Of a stretch of 64,000 nt of DNA, positions 34,306 to 47,672 are shown piece after piece. A model generated the notes under the pieces. It did not search any database. It was not told the DNA's origin and saw only the letters and a list, made by a program, of their open reading frames with translations. The number at the start of each line of letters is the position of its first letter. The first letter of the stretch is position 1. The translations under genes and the position numbers were made by a program. Origin of the DNA: Marsupella aquatica (taxonomy: Eukaryota > Plantae > Marchantiophyta); the NCBI GenBank assembly GCA_973895155.1, contig OZ316892.1:2917223-2981222 (forward strand), in the 5' to 3' direction.

Positions 34306-35223
34306 AGCCCAAGCACAGGATGAACCCCTGAGATTGTGGGACACCTCTTAGGAATGCCCAAAAGCAGAACAATACTCTAAAATACTGTGTACAGAAGTCT
34401 TAATTGTCGAGTCTTCCTAGCAAATCACTTCGCACTCCTGGATCAGTGTCACACAACGGTAGCAGCAGGGCGTCAGGAAACGAATCTCTGTATACTAACA
34501 GACATGATTCGAGTCATACAAAATCTAGTCACCTATAAGTCAATACACAATGAAAGTCACCATGATCATAGACAAACGAACGCCCTGATAATTTCACAGG
34601 CAATGAGAAAATTATCGTGTCACGCAACTCCCATCCCCAAAACATCTCCTCCCTCTACCTGATGGCATTGTGGGTACTGCATCTTGAAGACCAATCTGGT
34701 ATAAAGTGCCCACAATTTCTCCAGTGGGAAAATCAAAGTCATTGGGAGAGATAAGGTGACTGAGAACATTTACATATACTTATGCTGCCCAATCTGTCCT
34801 CAACATTACCGCTCTTGCCAACTGGTCAGCAACGCCCAAGTGACACATGGAGGATCCGAATTGGGTAGGAACTCAAAGTAAATATTCACCTTTAAGAGCT
34901 CGGCTCTTCTTCCCACTGAATGCTCAGCGACACCAGAGTGACAAGACTAAAAGTGCAATAATCTTCTTCCCACGTCGGACTTCAGAAGATTGAGCCATTC
35001 AAGTTCTCCTAGTTACAGAGCCGTGCTCTAATAGCTTTAAAGTATCGTACGTAGATCTCCACAATACCACGGTCTTGGAGGCTTTTTTCTCGTTTGACGA
35101 ATCAGCCACATAAGAACATCTGTACACTACAAGACATATATCTACACACTGTATTGATACGAAGAGCGCTACTGTAGAGGCAAAATCTATGAGCTCAGTG
35201 TCAACAAGTGTTGCTTTACAGCT

Positions 35224-36894
35224 TCATATGACATGAAGAAAAGACCGTCTCAAGCCAGATGATACTATACCGAGTAAAAGCCAAGTTATCCGACTGTACA
35301 AACCCATCCAAAAGGAAAACCAAGCCATGGGAAGGAAAAAGAGACCCTTCTTGAGAAGATACTCCAGGTTGTCCAACCCTTCCTGTTGAACAATTGACAA
35401 CAATATCCTCAAAAGACTAGTCTTGCCAAATGGATCTGGTCCCATAGGTATGTCATTTCGTTCGCCAAAGGCACCTTCAGCATCAACATTGACTTTATCA
35501 AATTCCCGAGATGCCAAGGCTTCATGGGACGTTGAAGGTTCTGAGCTGCATCTCGTTGCCACCCCAGCTGCTGCGAGCCACGCCGACCACCTCCTTTCGA
35601 AATCCTCACCAGGTTCAAGACCTTGCTCAACAATTTCCTTCTTGATCCAGTCCCATAATTCCCAAGGTCCAGCCTCGATGATCAACTTGAGTAGGGCTCG
35701 CTTCTCACTACGAAGTTGTTCAACTTCTGCTTCTTTTTGAGCTAACTGGCGTTTCGCTTGCTTCGCTGCCTGCCTGCTTTGAGCCAATGCTTTCCCCATT
35801 TCGTCCAAATCCCTGGCAAAACAATCCAACAACATTAGGACAGAGGAAGCTTGACCACTATTTTCGAAGGTTATTTGAAAGCTAGCAATGTGTACTTCTC
35901 ATGTGCTATATTGGAGAAGCCAACATTTCTCAGAAATTTCCATATGATTAAACATTTGACAATGTACTTGAAATGACCGACTTTAAGTCGCCAATACTAT
36001 GACTTCAGAAACTGACCAATCCCCACTCAAACTGTTATGGAAACCTTCGATCCAGATCGTTACCACCAGCCACGGCACACATTCGCATGAGAAATAGAAC
36101 GGTCACTTCCAAAATCATAATTAGCACTTCCCAAATCATAATTAGCACCACTGCTGGGAATCCAGCCGACACACTGAAGCTCTCTTTGAAGGATCGATGA
36201 TGCCGTGGTGACTCAGGGGGTCACATTAACAGATGACTACGATCGGAATACATTGGTACGAAGCTTCAGGGAGTCATTGATCTGATCAACTGTCCAGTGA
36301 TTCTGGGGACATACAGTAATCCGAAGAGACGATAGGTGATGGTGTTCAAAGCTGGACCTCACGACAAAGAGCAGGGAGGAATTTGGGGATGACGACCAAT
36401 CATTAAATCTAGTTTTCCCCTTTCGAAAGCTTGTCTACAGCAAAAACATATTTCAGCCAAACTATAAAACCATATTCCCCGAGTGAATTCGCTGACAATT
36501 TCGCCTATGACAAAGAAAGCCCCACTGAACAAAATTCAATGATCATCTTGCAAGATGCTGTTGCATTTTGTTCGCCGGCTCACCTTAGAAGAGTATTGGA
36601 AAACTTGCTCTGCTTCGCCCTGCGCTGTGCCTCATCCTGAAACTGCTGAATCACCTTGTCACACTCTTCCTGTAACGCGAGAACAGTCGATGAGAATCTG
36701 ATCGGACCTCCCTCAGCACTTGGCCAATCCAATTCTGTCAAACCCTCTCGAACCCTCTGGACACCCGAAGGTAATGGGACCTGTTCAGCTCCGGCCTGCC
36801 TCAAAGAACCATCGCCCGAGTGCAGAGCTCCTCTGGAATTCAGCTCCCCATCAGGAGGGCGAAAGTCCTGAATTTCCTGCATCGCTTCTCGCAC
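35224..36894 (-). CDS. Putative gene of unknown function: coiled coil plus hydrophobic C-terminus; may be a pseudogene
   Basis: A 203-aa ORF at 35224-35835 has heptads (LAQSRQAAKQAKRQLAQKEAEVEQLRSEKRAL) and a TM-like end (LFFLPMAWFSFWMGLY..WLLLGIV). An upstream ORF at 36580-36894 ends at an AAG|GTGAG donor. I did not resolve the exact splicing. Confidence 0.35.
36209..36594. repeat. 386-bp near-identical copy of 20145-20530
   Basis: See the partner copy. This copy spans a predicted exon/intron junction. Confidence 0.95.
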
Positions 36895-39800
36895 CTCGGA
36901 GCTCTTGGTCTAACCCTAACAGACACCCTCACCGCCTCTAAATCAACGAACAGACCGTGCAACAATTGCGTACATCACACCATCAACTCCTTCCGTTAGT
37001 GCATTTTCCTCATATGCTCCAATTTGATTGATTTCAGTTCCGGAGGTGATCTGCATTCAATTATAGCACACATCAAGTCATCAACTCCTTCCGTTGCTTC
37101 ATAGGCCTCATGTCCTTCAATTTGATTGATCTCAACTCCGGCAACGAAGGCGATCGGCGTTTTGGTTTCCTCTCCCGAAAGAAGCGATCAATCTGTCTTC
37201 CCTCCTCCTCCAGATCCGAGGCGGGGCGATGCAGATCACTCTGCTCCACAATCCATGCCACTTCAATTCCGTTCTTCACACCCACACCCACCCCCACACC
37301 CACACCTACAATTACCACAATTCATGCCACTTCAATTATTCCGTTCTTCACACCCACACCTCCAAATTGTAGTCAATTCTCGTCTGTTCCAATGTTTCGA
37401 TCTGTACAGTCCGATTGAAGACCATTTCCTTCCACGATTGCGTCCTGAATGTACGAATTCTACACAGTTGCGTGTTCCATTTGGGTCTCGATCCACAATT
37501 TCTCCGCCGCGTGAGTCACATTCTGCGCAATCGCCACAGCTCGCGTTACTGTGTGTGTAAATGAGCGTGTTTCTTACGTCGTCGAGACTAGCTGCCCAGC
37601 ATGCCCGATTCCGGATAAACTTGCAGCCCGGGAATGGTGACCGCCTATAGGCCGTCGATCTTTTCAATTGACGGATAGGATCTGCGAATGCTTCGGAGTT
37701 TTGTTTTGTTTCTATCCGACCGGGGCCACCATGCCTGCCCGCCTACCTGCCCTCTGCGCCATTCCGGATACACTTGCTGCCCGGGAGTGGCTGCCAGTTA
37801 CACGCATTGACAGCACGTGTCGTGGCGTTACAATTTTTACGGGCCGTCGATATTTCAGATTGACGGCTAAGATTGCGAGTTCTTTGGAGGTTTGCTTGTA
37901 TCTGTCCTACCCGAGCCCATCCGTCTTACTGGGTTTTTTTTGTTTGGTTTTCTTGTAATGAATACTTTACTTATAGGACAAGTAAAACACTTTAAAAAGG
38001 GAGAGTACATGGCTAGACCACATGCTGTCAAGGACCAAAGTCACCCCAAAGCCCAGACACTGGACACTAGCAAAAACATTAAATCACAATTAGTAGTTTA
38101 AGTACTCTGGGTGACTTGGAGTACTAGTCATTTCAGAAACAGGAGTGTCCTGTTTGCGGGCCAGCGCCTCACCACAGCCCTCCCATCAAATCTCCCAGAT
38201 ATCTCATTTGTTCACCATTCGACACAATCTATGGTTCAAATTGAAGATCTCTACCAAAAAACAGGAATAAATGTTGACCCAAAATGAGTGAAAAAAATTG
38301 AAAAACAAATGGCCCAAATGGGCAGAGTGACACAGCCGCGGGCAGGACTCGGGTCCCTTTATACCCCGAGTTGTGGTTTAAACAAGAGTGAAAAGTGAAC
38401 AAACGGCCACTGGCTCACTGGCTCAGGAACAACTACCAACAGAGAAAGTAGATTTGAGGGCTGACTCAGCCCCAAAATAACAGGCAGAGGACCAACAACA
38501 ACAGTCATGAACATCTGGAACTAGGGCAAAAATCTATGAGGATTAATCACGCGAGGTTTTTTGGTTGGGTCTAGTAGGGGACTCAATGTTTGGGCAGTGG
38601 TGAAATACTGCTGTCAGTTGTGTGGTTGGAATGGCCGTGGCCCAAAAAGTGGTGGGCGACCGGGAGGGTGGTTGACAAGACCAGGCTGTGGTGTTTAGCC
38701 ATTGTCCATGACCGTGTATACTAAATTTCAAAATAGATATGGTGTGCGCTCTTGGCATTTGTATCTCTTGCGGTGTTGGGATCACCTGACAGTCTTGAAT
38801 GCAGCCTGCCCTGCGGCATCTCAGTGTTGCAAACCCCTGCCCCAGACAGTCCGTCACTGTGTACCGTCTGAGTGAACACGGCCAACCGTAAATTGCCATA
38901 AAAATTTGGAAGGCCCAAATATTGAGTCCCCCCTACAATAGTTCTAAACACTGATACAGAGGATAAGATTCTGTATGGAACGGACAATGAGGATGGAGAA
39001 AAACAATTAATTATTGAAACTACAAGTAATCTAGTTTGTGAAACTTGTGACACTTTTCAATATGCATATTCAAAGAATTTCTAAGCCCTTTGATCTAAAG
39101 GTATAAACTGGTTTTAAAATACAAAAATGAAATCTACAAAATGGTGTATGGTATTACCCTATAATTTGGAAAGAAAATATATTGGCCTTTCAAGTAGGGC
39201 ATGTGTAAACCTGACCATCACCAATAAAGAGTGTTGGAGACACTATTGCTACCCGATTTCCTATTTGAGCAGGCGCCCCCATCCCTACTGGCTTCCTTGC
39301 CCACTTTGCTTAGATTGCTCACTATTAAAATATTTATTGAAACTGAATTATTTACAGATCCCCATGGGAAACTTCTTCCAAAATCCATGGTATCATGCAT
39401 GGCCACATCAACGCATTTTATCACAAACAGGAACAGGATGTTTTCAACAAAAATAAACATGATTGAGTGTTTGTGTTTGACGTAAGTCAAGGAACAAATT
39501 AGATTCACTCGCAAGTGATGTACAACAAAGGCACTTTGGCAAAAGCCATATAAAAGCCTCTCGAACAGGATGGCCCTTATTTATTTATTTATTTACTTTA
39601 TTATTGAAACTGAATTATTTCATTTGCAAGTGATTTGTAAGGCACTTTGGCCAAAGCCACACACAAACCCTTCCCCCACATTTGGTGTGAGAAGGAGGCT
39701 TGAACCTGAAACTTGCCAGGGACTGCCCTTTTTTGTGTGCCGCCAAAGCTTTCAATTCGCGTCATGGAGGGTGGAAACTAGAAAGTTCCAAACACAGATG

Positions 39801-41403
39801 TGACTGGCCTTTGTTTGTTTTTGCCCTCAAAGTGGAATTGTTTTGAGCATGTGTTTTGGACCAACTTGGTGCCTACCCTTCCAGGCTATCTCTTGTGGCA
39901 GACATTCTTGGAACTGTGCCATATTCGTGACTACCCTACCCTATTCAAGATATTGAGGTCCCAACAGATTCTACATTTTCCAATTCAAAAATGAATCAAA
40001 CATGGGACCTTATTAGAGGTTTTCCTAACCTCATGGGCCAATGCTCAATGGTCACCGGGATTTCACTCCACCCTGAGAAACATTAGTTTCACTGAACTCT
40101 GGCCCCAAATAGGTCTGATATGAATCTCAGGGTGAAGTGACTTTGGGACACCTCCATTTTATGTGGTAGCAGCATTTGACATCTTGCTTTCATGCATTCA
40201 CACACAATGGGGTGGCTCCCTAAAATGAGGGCTTCGGTGATACTCACACTCACCTCACACAGTGCATTTACTTGTCTCACCTGACGTTTTGCCCATGATT
40301 AAAGTGCACGGTGGCAAATTGTCTTAAGTGTAGCCTAAACTTATGGCAAAGTCACCCTGAATTTCAAAAAATCGTTCCAAGGGAGAATTCTTCTGTTCTG
40401 TCCCGAGATTAAGGATACAACTCAGTTGAAAATCCTTACTAGGTCAGAACCAGACCTGAGATTTGTACTCAACATCATCCAGAGCGATCAACACTCTTTC
40501 CTTCTAATCTAATCCAATCAACATTTACTCTGCGTCCTTTCTCAACTACCTGGCGCCCTTTGTAGTACAGGTTTTTCAATATTTCTGCTTGTAGGTGTTC
40601 CAACATGCCTTCTGTGTCACACATCCTTTCACTTCACTTACTAAGGTGGTCTCGAATCTTCTGACATGGCGCTTTAGTTTTTCCAGTACCACTCGGTCGA
40701 CACAAAACAGGTATGCTTACAAACTAAGCTTTGGTGGTAATCCATCACTACCTTTAGATGTATTATGTCAATTTCTTGGGCAGTGATCAAATCATGGTTG
40801 AGAGAATATCCTCAACGTACTTGTACAAATACCTGTTTATCTCAAACCAGCTAAACAGTTGATTTTTCTACTGATTAGGGCTCTAAAACTGTACTAAAAT
40901 AAAGGGAAATCTTGTGTTCGAATGTGGGCATTCATATAATGAAATTCCTCCAAAGCAGCATACGGGTGACTTCGGGGGAAATAAGTCAGAAAGAAGATCC
41001 GCCACTTGGAACCATCACTACTCGTACTTGACAGCCCAAACAGGTTAAATGCAAGTTATGATAATTGTAGCGTGACCCCACTAAGATTAAGAGCTAAATC
41101 TGAAGAGCTGTGTTAAATCGGCTTATTTTTTGGAGCGTCTGACCAATTCCAACGATAACCTGCCTGAAGGGCTTGTAAGGATAACTGTACACCAAGAGTG
41201 AGCCGGCTAAAGGCTTCCTTTGATAAGGTGTGGACCTAGGACACAGAGACAGGTAAGGTGAGCCAGGGTGCAGCTAGATAAGGGATCCAGATTGTACCGG
41301 CAAACCCATCGAGCTGATCCCAGAATTTCAGGATCTCTGTAGTGGTCCAAGCAACCAATAATTTGGGATAATTTGCGACTGCAACACCTAATATATAGAA
41401 GCA

Positions 41404-44400
41404 TCAAGAAGATGAATTTAGAGAGGTTAACTCAGCCTGTGAAACAACATCCAGTTCAGGGAGAAGAGTGCGCCAGGCATCAGCTGTATCCGCCGCCAGT
41501 TGTGCTTGCGCTCGAGCAAACTTTAGTAAAATAGAACCAAGATCTCTGGTCTTTTCTTCCTGGAAACGCTCCATCTCTTGTGCCATCAATTTAACAATCT
41601 CTTCGAATCTTAGCCTAGCATCTGAACTTTGGATCTGTATCTGCAGGGGAGAAATGAAAATGTTATCGATTATTTGTTCTCGTCATAATGCATTTGAACT
41701 CTCAATCGTCCTATATACTAAAATGGCCCCCAAAAAGTTACTATCGGCTCAGTTGTGCAAAACAAGCAAACTTACCTCTCTCACTTCAGCTTCTGCCTCG
41801 GCAACTTTATCAGGTCTTACTAGCTTTAGTTTTTCCCTGTCAAGTAGAATTTCAAAAGAATTCAAGATCTAAATCAAAGTGTCAGGTTGGCAAAAGGTCG
41901 CGATAACTTTAAGTACAAGAGGCCCTTAAAAAATGAGAATCTATAGAGCTGAATTGAAGAGTCTAAAGAATTGCTATACTCTGATCGTAAACATAGCTTA
42001 CAAATTTAATTCCTTCAACTTGTATGTCTCTGTAAGTTCCCTCTGCAGCCGATAAGCAACTGCTCTGTCAACCATGGCAACCTGCATTTTTCCGAAAAAT
42101 TGAAGCAAAACATATTAGTTGATGATTCTCCCAGTATCATCATCTACCTATCAAAGAGCACTTAAACTGGATTTGGGAAGTATGCCGAGCTCAGGGAGAC
42201 AATCCTTCACAAACATCAAAACACAAACGTGTTTGAAAGCTTTTTCTGGAATGTTCTTGAAAGGCGGCAAAAATCCTGATATACTACCCGAGAACTTTGA
42301 CACAGTAGAAATAACACATGCATCACCTTTATCGACTGAATAATCCGGACATACTCTTTGATGGGCTCTTCGAAGGTCATCAACAAATCTTGAGCCTGAA
42401 ACTCAACATTAACAAAACTAGTTAATTGCGACGACATCATGTACCGCCGCAAAAGAAATACCTAAAGAACCAACGACGAGGATAACCGTAAACTTTAACC
42501 AACAAAGTACCCACTGTGTGTCTAATGCAAAACTGCCCTCCAAACTAGTACTAGCGTCGTTTCAAGTTTCATGATAGATAGGAACCTGGTGATGTAGCTT
42601 GACTGAGAGGAGATCAGATTGGTTGCCGAGATCAGCGAAAGCCTTTCCCAACGACCCACCCTCACATTCCCCAAGAGATTTCACTGCCTTACCGAAGTCT
42701 GCCAAACCCTGTCCCAACTCTATAGTAGCAAGACATCACAACATAAAACCATCAAACTTTACTCCAACGAACTCCTTTGAATCTCACATAAAAAGACGAT
42801 GAATTCCCAAACAATGTAGAAGTTAGATGTGGTAAAATTAATTTGAACCCCAACAACCTCAATCCTCTTACGTCAAAGTGCATTTTGGGACTGTACCTCT
42901 CTGACGCTTGACAAGACGAAAAGACTGCTTCTGTGCCTCCGCCAGGTGATCTTCCAGATCCTCTACGTAATGCTTCAGCTTTTCATATTCAGGATTAGAT
43001 TCCTCCAGTGGCTTGTCTTTGCCTAGGACAGCATCAGCCACCTTTGTTTGTACATCCTGCAAACAATAAATATAACCGGATACTATGTCAAGTTGCCGGA
43101 TTCAAGAAAACCATGCATTAAACACAATCATGCCATAACTTCCAAGATGCATTTCATGGAGACAACTTCTAGAACACTGGTAATGCCTCTACACAAGCGT
43201 CACCCACAAGGGTAGGATCGATACCAACATGCAAGTTTAAAGCACTTTGAATAGACTCAAAGTTGTATGATCTTCAGATAAAAACTACACATCAACAATT
43301 GAGGAGTCTGAGCATGATAGCATTAGAAGATCACCTATGAACTCCCTGGCTTCAATAGTTGGAAATTGTTATCGATCCTTTAAAAGAAAGAGGTACCTTA
43401 AACATTTGCATGATATCACCAGGTTTCTTCTTGAAGACACTGCTAGTCTCCGCTGCTCTTGCCCTCTCCATAGCCTGTACCACGACAAGCTCATAAGTAC
43501 ACTCATAAAACAGAATCATGCAAACCTGAATTATACTGGACATTCTCTGTCAAATTTTGGGCGACGGCATCATGCACAAGATGTGACTTCTTGGTATCCA
43601 CATTTAGGTTAGATTGTATAGCAAAGCCATTTTTGCCCAGCAGGTTGTTTGAATCTTTGGGCCTCATTGCAAGGGAATACAGTTGAGAGCATATCAATCT
43701 GAGAGACGGGTTTAAGTAACACAAAGAACTCTGATATAATAGGTGTAACATACGTAAATTCAACCTAACATCCAACGACTGACAAATTCGGAATAATGCC
43801 AACATTCAGACTGGTAATGACAAGCAAAGTTCACAGCTATGGACGCACCCAAACCTCCTCATCAGCTTGCAAGAAATTTTTTAAATCCTCATTTGATCGC
43901 AGCTTAGGATGCGAGGCAATTCGATTCACAAATATTTCCAGTGCCCGTCTGCGAACCTCAATAAACTCCGCACTGAAACGGAACTTCTCTGCGTTCCAAA
44001 GTGATCCCTGTGAGAGTGCCATAGAGAGGCTGTAATGCTATGCATGAAGCAATATTCTTCTTTCATCACTGGCCCTACATTCGCCGATGCAGCCAGCAAA
44101 CTAATAGAGGTCCTCCCACCACAGTAAATGCTCACTTTCCATCTATCCTTCCTTTTACTCATGAGCCGTGAGGTGAGCCTTTCTTTGTTCAAACGTTGTT
44201 CTATCAACTTCATCAAGTAGATTCACAAATACAACGGCAACCTAATTCCACAGAACCAGATTAAGAGACGTACCAACAGCACTTTTCTCTGGGAGAGGCG
44301 GTATAAAGAGCCCTTTATGCTTCTCCACAAGCCTATCGTGCAGCCATTCAAAGTCGCTAAATCTTCGTATCACAATTTTCTCTACTCCACGGTACTCTGT

Positions 44401-45281
44401 CAGGTTTGTCTGCCCCACATAAAGACGTAGCAAACTATCATATAGGTGACTGGTCCTAGATGCAACCTTTCAAATATGAAAACCCTAAAGTTAGAACCGG
44501 AAGACCCGAGTGCATCCTTGTCCCTTTTTCACAACTTAAGTAGAGATTCTAAAGCGTCAAATCACCTGATTTTATATCACCAGCACAAATCTAAAGTCCA
44601 GCTAAGGTCTAGCTGTTTCAACGGCTCCTTGGCCCTGACTCAGATATTTGAAGCCAGCTATACAGCCTCCTATTCGTAGTGAGAAACGTAAAGCTTGAAG
44701 TCCCATTTCGGTGTTATCAGACGAGGGCAGAATTGGCATCTATTGGAAGGCATTGCAAACTCTTGCAATTTCAAAATCAGTCCGACAGAAGGCACCTCTC
44801 CGTCGTAATTTTGCACTTCAGACCAGGATTAGTTCCACTTAAAGCCACTGCGTTCTAGATCTCGAAGCAGGCTACAGATGACGGGTGAACAAATGTCAAT
44901 ACAGAATATGGAAACCAGTGGGATTTCAACCTACTACACCCCCCGCGCATTGCTTCCGAGAGCCCTAGAGTGCGACGTGAAATTCGAAAGGGACCCAGTA
45001 CCACCTTCGATTGTCGTTGCCATCGGCATGCGGAATGTAAAATTTCCCACTCTATCCAGATCCCTAGGTGCCCACAAGTCTTTGATTGAGCTCCAGAATT
45101 GAGAGAGAGTGCGAGAAAGGCCAACCTTGGTGCTGACTCGATACGAAATGTAGGCCTGCACTCCGGTTCCCAGCTTCACAGGATCAGTCACGGATATCGC
45201 CAAATATGGTTGCTCCTGCCCAGCTGCCGGGCTTGGAGGCACCCCTCCGCCCCGCCCGCTTTGCTGCTGCCATCCATCCAT
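41404..45281 (-). CDS. SNX1: Sorting nexin 1 (PX + BAR domains), 10 exons, 414 aa
   Basis: Exons 45281-45126, 44409-44274, 43988-43855, 43474-43397, 43056-42897, 42719-42586, 42395-42327, 42081-42002, 41836-41776 and 41640-41404 are all GT-AG and total 1245 nt in frame. Motifs: [77 protein letters not shown]. Confidence 0.97.
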
Positions 45282-45318
45282 ACTCAACTCCAGCAACAAA
45301 ACTACTCAACGAATTGGG

Positions 45319-45350
<32 letters not shown>

Positions 45351-45352
45351 TC
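45319..45352. repeat. (CT)n microsatellite in the SNX1 5' leader
   Basis: A tctctc run lies directly upstream of the ATG. Confidence 0.9.
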
Positions 45353-45685
45353 TCTGTCTGTGCCTCACTCTTTCACTCTGGCCCCAGTTCACACCTCTCG
45401 ATCTCAATTGAGAGCCAACGATCTTCTTCACAATAGTCGCGGTGAAGACTCGAGAGAACAGTGGGCACTGAGGAAACGAACATTACGACGATTTGGTGAA
45501 TACGATTATGTGAACGTGGTCGACCATTTGTGCTCTTTCTACGAAGTATCGTGGACCCGATACGCGGTTACTCCTCTACCACGGCTGCTCGGCCTACCCT
45601 ACAGTAGGTACACGCAGTTTCCTGCCGTGGTTGCCCTCGTAGTGGGTATCCATGTCACGCACCTTGAAAGGGGAAAGATTCAATA

Positions 45686-46900
45686 GGGCGTCTCAAACTT
45701 TGCATTGCTGCTTCCAGTCACGGTTGCTGCTTCCAGTCACGGTCAGAGACTAAATCCCGGGAAAAAAATGGCGGACACAAAAATCCGTGTCCGCACACTG
45801 CTGAACCGTGACCGAAACTACTAGTTTCAAGCCTCTTTTTTTTCCCACGACTCGAAGGATTGAGACGCCCTAATAGGGCGTCTCAAACTTTAGAATACAA
45901 GGGATGCAGGATGCGGACCCAAAATGTAACCAGGCTCGTGACCAAAGAGGTTTGGTCACAAAAGCTAAACCCTTACAAATGCCTCTTGTTAGTATTTTAC
46001 ATTGTATTGTTTAGAATAGTATGCGCAGAATTATATGGGCAGGAAAAAAAAATTGGGAGTCATTTTTGAGCCCCGACCACAAAGCTAAACTGAAAGTTCA
46101 GCCAAAAATGGATGACTGCACTTTTTGTTCTGGGTTTTTTGCTATCTTCAGAACTTGGATTTTCCATTACTTCTACGGCTTTTACCACACCTCTCAAAGC
46201 TAACATCCCCCCCCCCCCACGCCCCCCCCTCTCCCTTTGCTTACTCATGCTTGAAATGCAGGCCCAACCTATTTTTGGCCTTGTTTTCTGGAGGTCAGCA
46301 GCCCGGATGGCTTAAGAGATGCAAACTTTAGACGCCTGTTAGGGGGTCTCAAATATTGACCCATTTCTCTCTTCCAAGAGATAGGGCCACTGCCCGTAAT
46401 GTGGCCGATAGTTCACGGTGCAGGACCCAAAATGCAAAAATCAGTGACTACACTTTTTCTCCTGAGCTTTTTTACTCTCTGCAGAACTCGGATGTTCCAT
46501 TACTTCTACGGCTTTAATTTTCCACACCTCTCAAAGTTTACCCCCCCCCTTTTGCTTACTCATGCCTGCAATGTAGGACCCAGATGGCTCGAGAAATGCA
46601 AACTTTGAGATTGCCTTTTAGGAGGTCTCAAATATTGATCCATCCATTTCTCTTCCACGAGATAGGGCCACTGCCCGTAATGTGGCCTTTGACCAGTGCC
46701 CAGAGTTTCCGAGTTCACTTACATTGGTTTGTGTAATAGCCAGGACGTGGTGGGAGGAAGTGGCCAATGGGAAACCAAACTCCCATGACAGAAGTGTGCA
46801 GGCTAGGTCTGTGAGCCCCGCATATTTTTCAGCCGTGTCGGTCCGAACCTCAACTTGGACTGCTGTGAGCATGCCCACAGACCAGATTTGAGGCCCCCCC
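45686..46900. mobile_element. Head-to-tail array of about 4 related MITEs (TIR GGGCGTCTCAAA-like, TA/TAA/TTA junctions)
   Basis: Unit 1 is GGGCGTCTCAA (45686) to TTGAGACGCCC (45870). Unit 2 is GGGCGTCTCAAA (45876) to tttagacgcct (about 46336). Unit 3 is gggggtctcaaa (46341) to tttgagattgcct (about 46616). Unit 4 is ggaggtctcaaa (46621) to tttgaggcccc (about 46897). Units 2 and 3 share internal sequence. Confidence 0.7.
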
Positions 46901-47638
46901 TATTTCATTCAAATTGGACTCTTCTTGGGTCTTATTCTGACAGAAACCGCACATGGGTGCAACTAAGCATATGGTTGATTTATTGGTTCCAAAGGAAAAC
47001 TTGAATTTTTTGTAAATGAACATGAGTGTTGTTATGTCCAATTTGAGACTGACCAAAAAAAGATATAGTTTTTTTTGTTTGTATATTTCAATCATATTTG
47101 ACAATTTATGAATAGGAAAAATTCAATTAATTATTTCTTAAATTTTAGGGTGTCAAAGCCTTCAAAAGGTTGCCACTATGAAAGAGCTTCATATAGTAAA
47201 ACCCTGGAGGGCCTCTACTTTCCAAGATTTTTAGCAAAATTCTTGGAAATATATGGGGCATCTGTCTATTGCAGTGTGGAGAGTTGAGACATTCACTATT
47301 AAACGGCTGAGGTTGTTGGTTTTAGGGACTCTGGACAAATTCCTCTTCTTGACCCGAGTCGTGACCAAGTTTATAGTCTACTAGAGAGTTTACTACACTG
47401 TCCAGGCACCATAAATCTTCCATGTCATTGATCCATTTTGCTTGCTTTCAATTGGGCTGGGTTTGGAGTTTCAAGACAAAGAAGCTGCATTCTTCTCTAT
47501 GCAACATTGCTGAGCCATTTAGACATTCAACATAAACTGAACAAAGGTCATTTTCAAAAACACATGACTTGATGTCTTGACTACTTTCTCCATGGGGTAG
47601 TCAAAGTTGTCCATTGTGATCCGCTACCAATTCCTTTT

Positions 47639-47640
47639 GT

Positions 47641-47671
<31 letters not shown>

Positions 47672-47672
47672 G
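47639..47672. repeat. (GT)n followed by poly-G
   Basis: Directly visible. Confidence 0.9.

Noticed and set aside
35125-35135. CACTACAAGA as a CACTA terminus (also CACTA at 32161 and 62770)
   Set aside because: There is no partner TIR, subterminal repeats or TSD.
20145-36594. 386-bp direct repeats as LTRs of a 16-kb retrotransposon
   Set aside because: The second copy does not end in CA, and I see no TSD, PBS/PPT or gag/pol.
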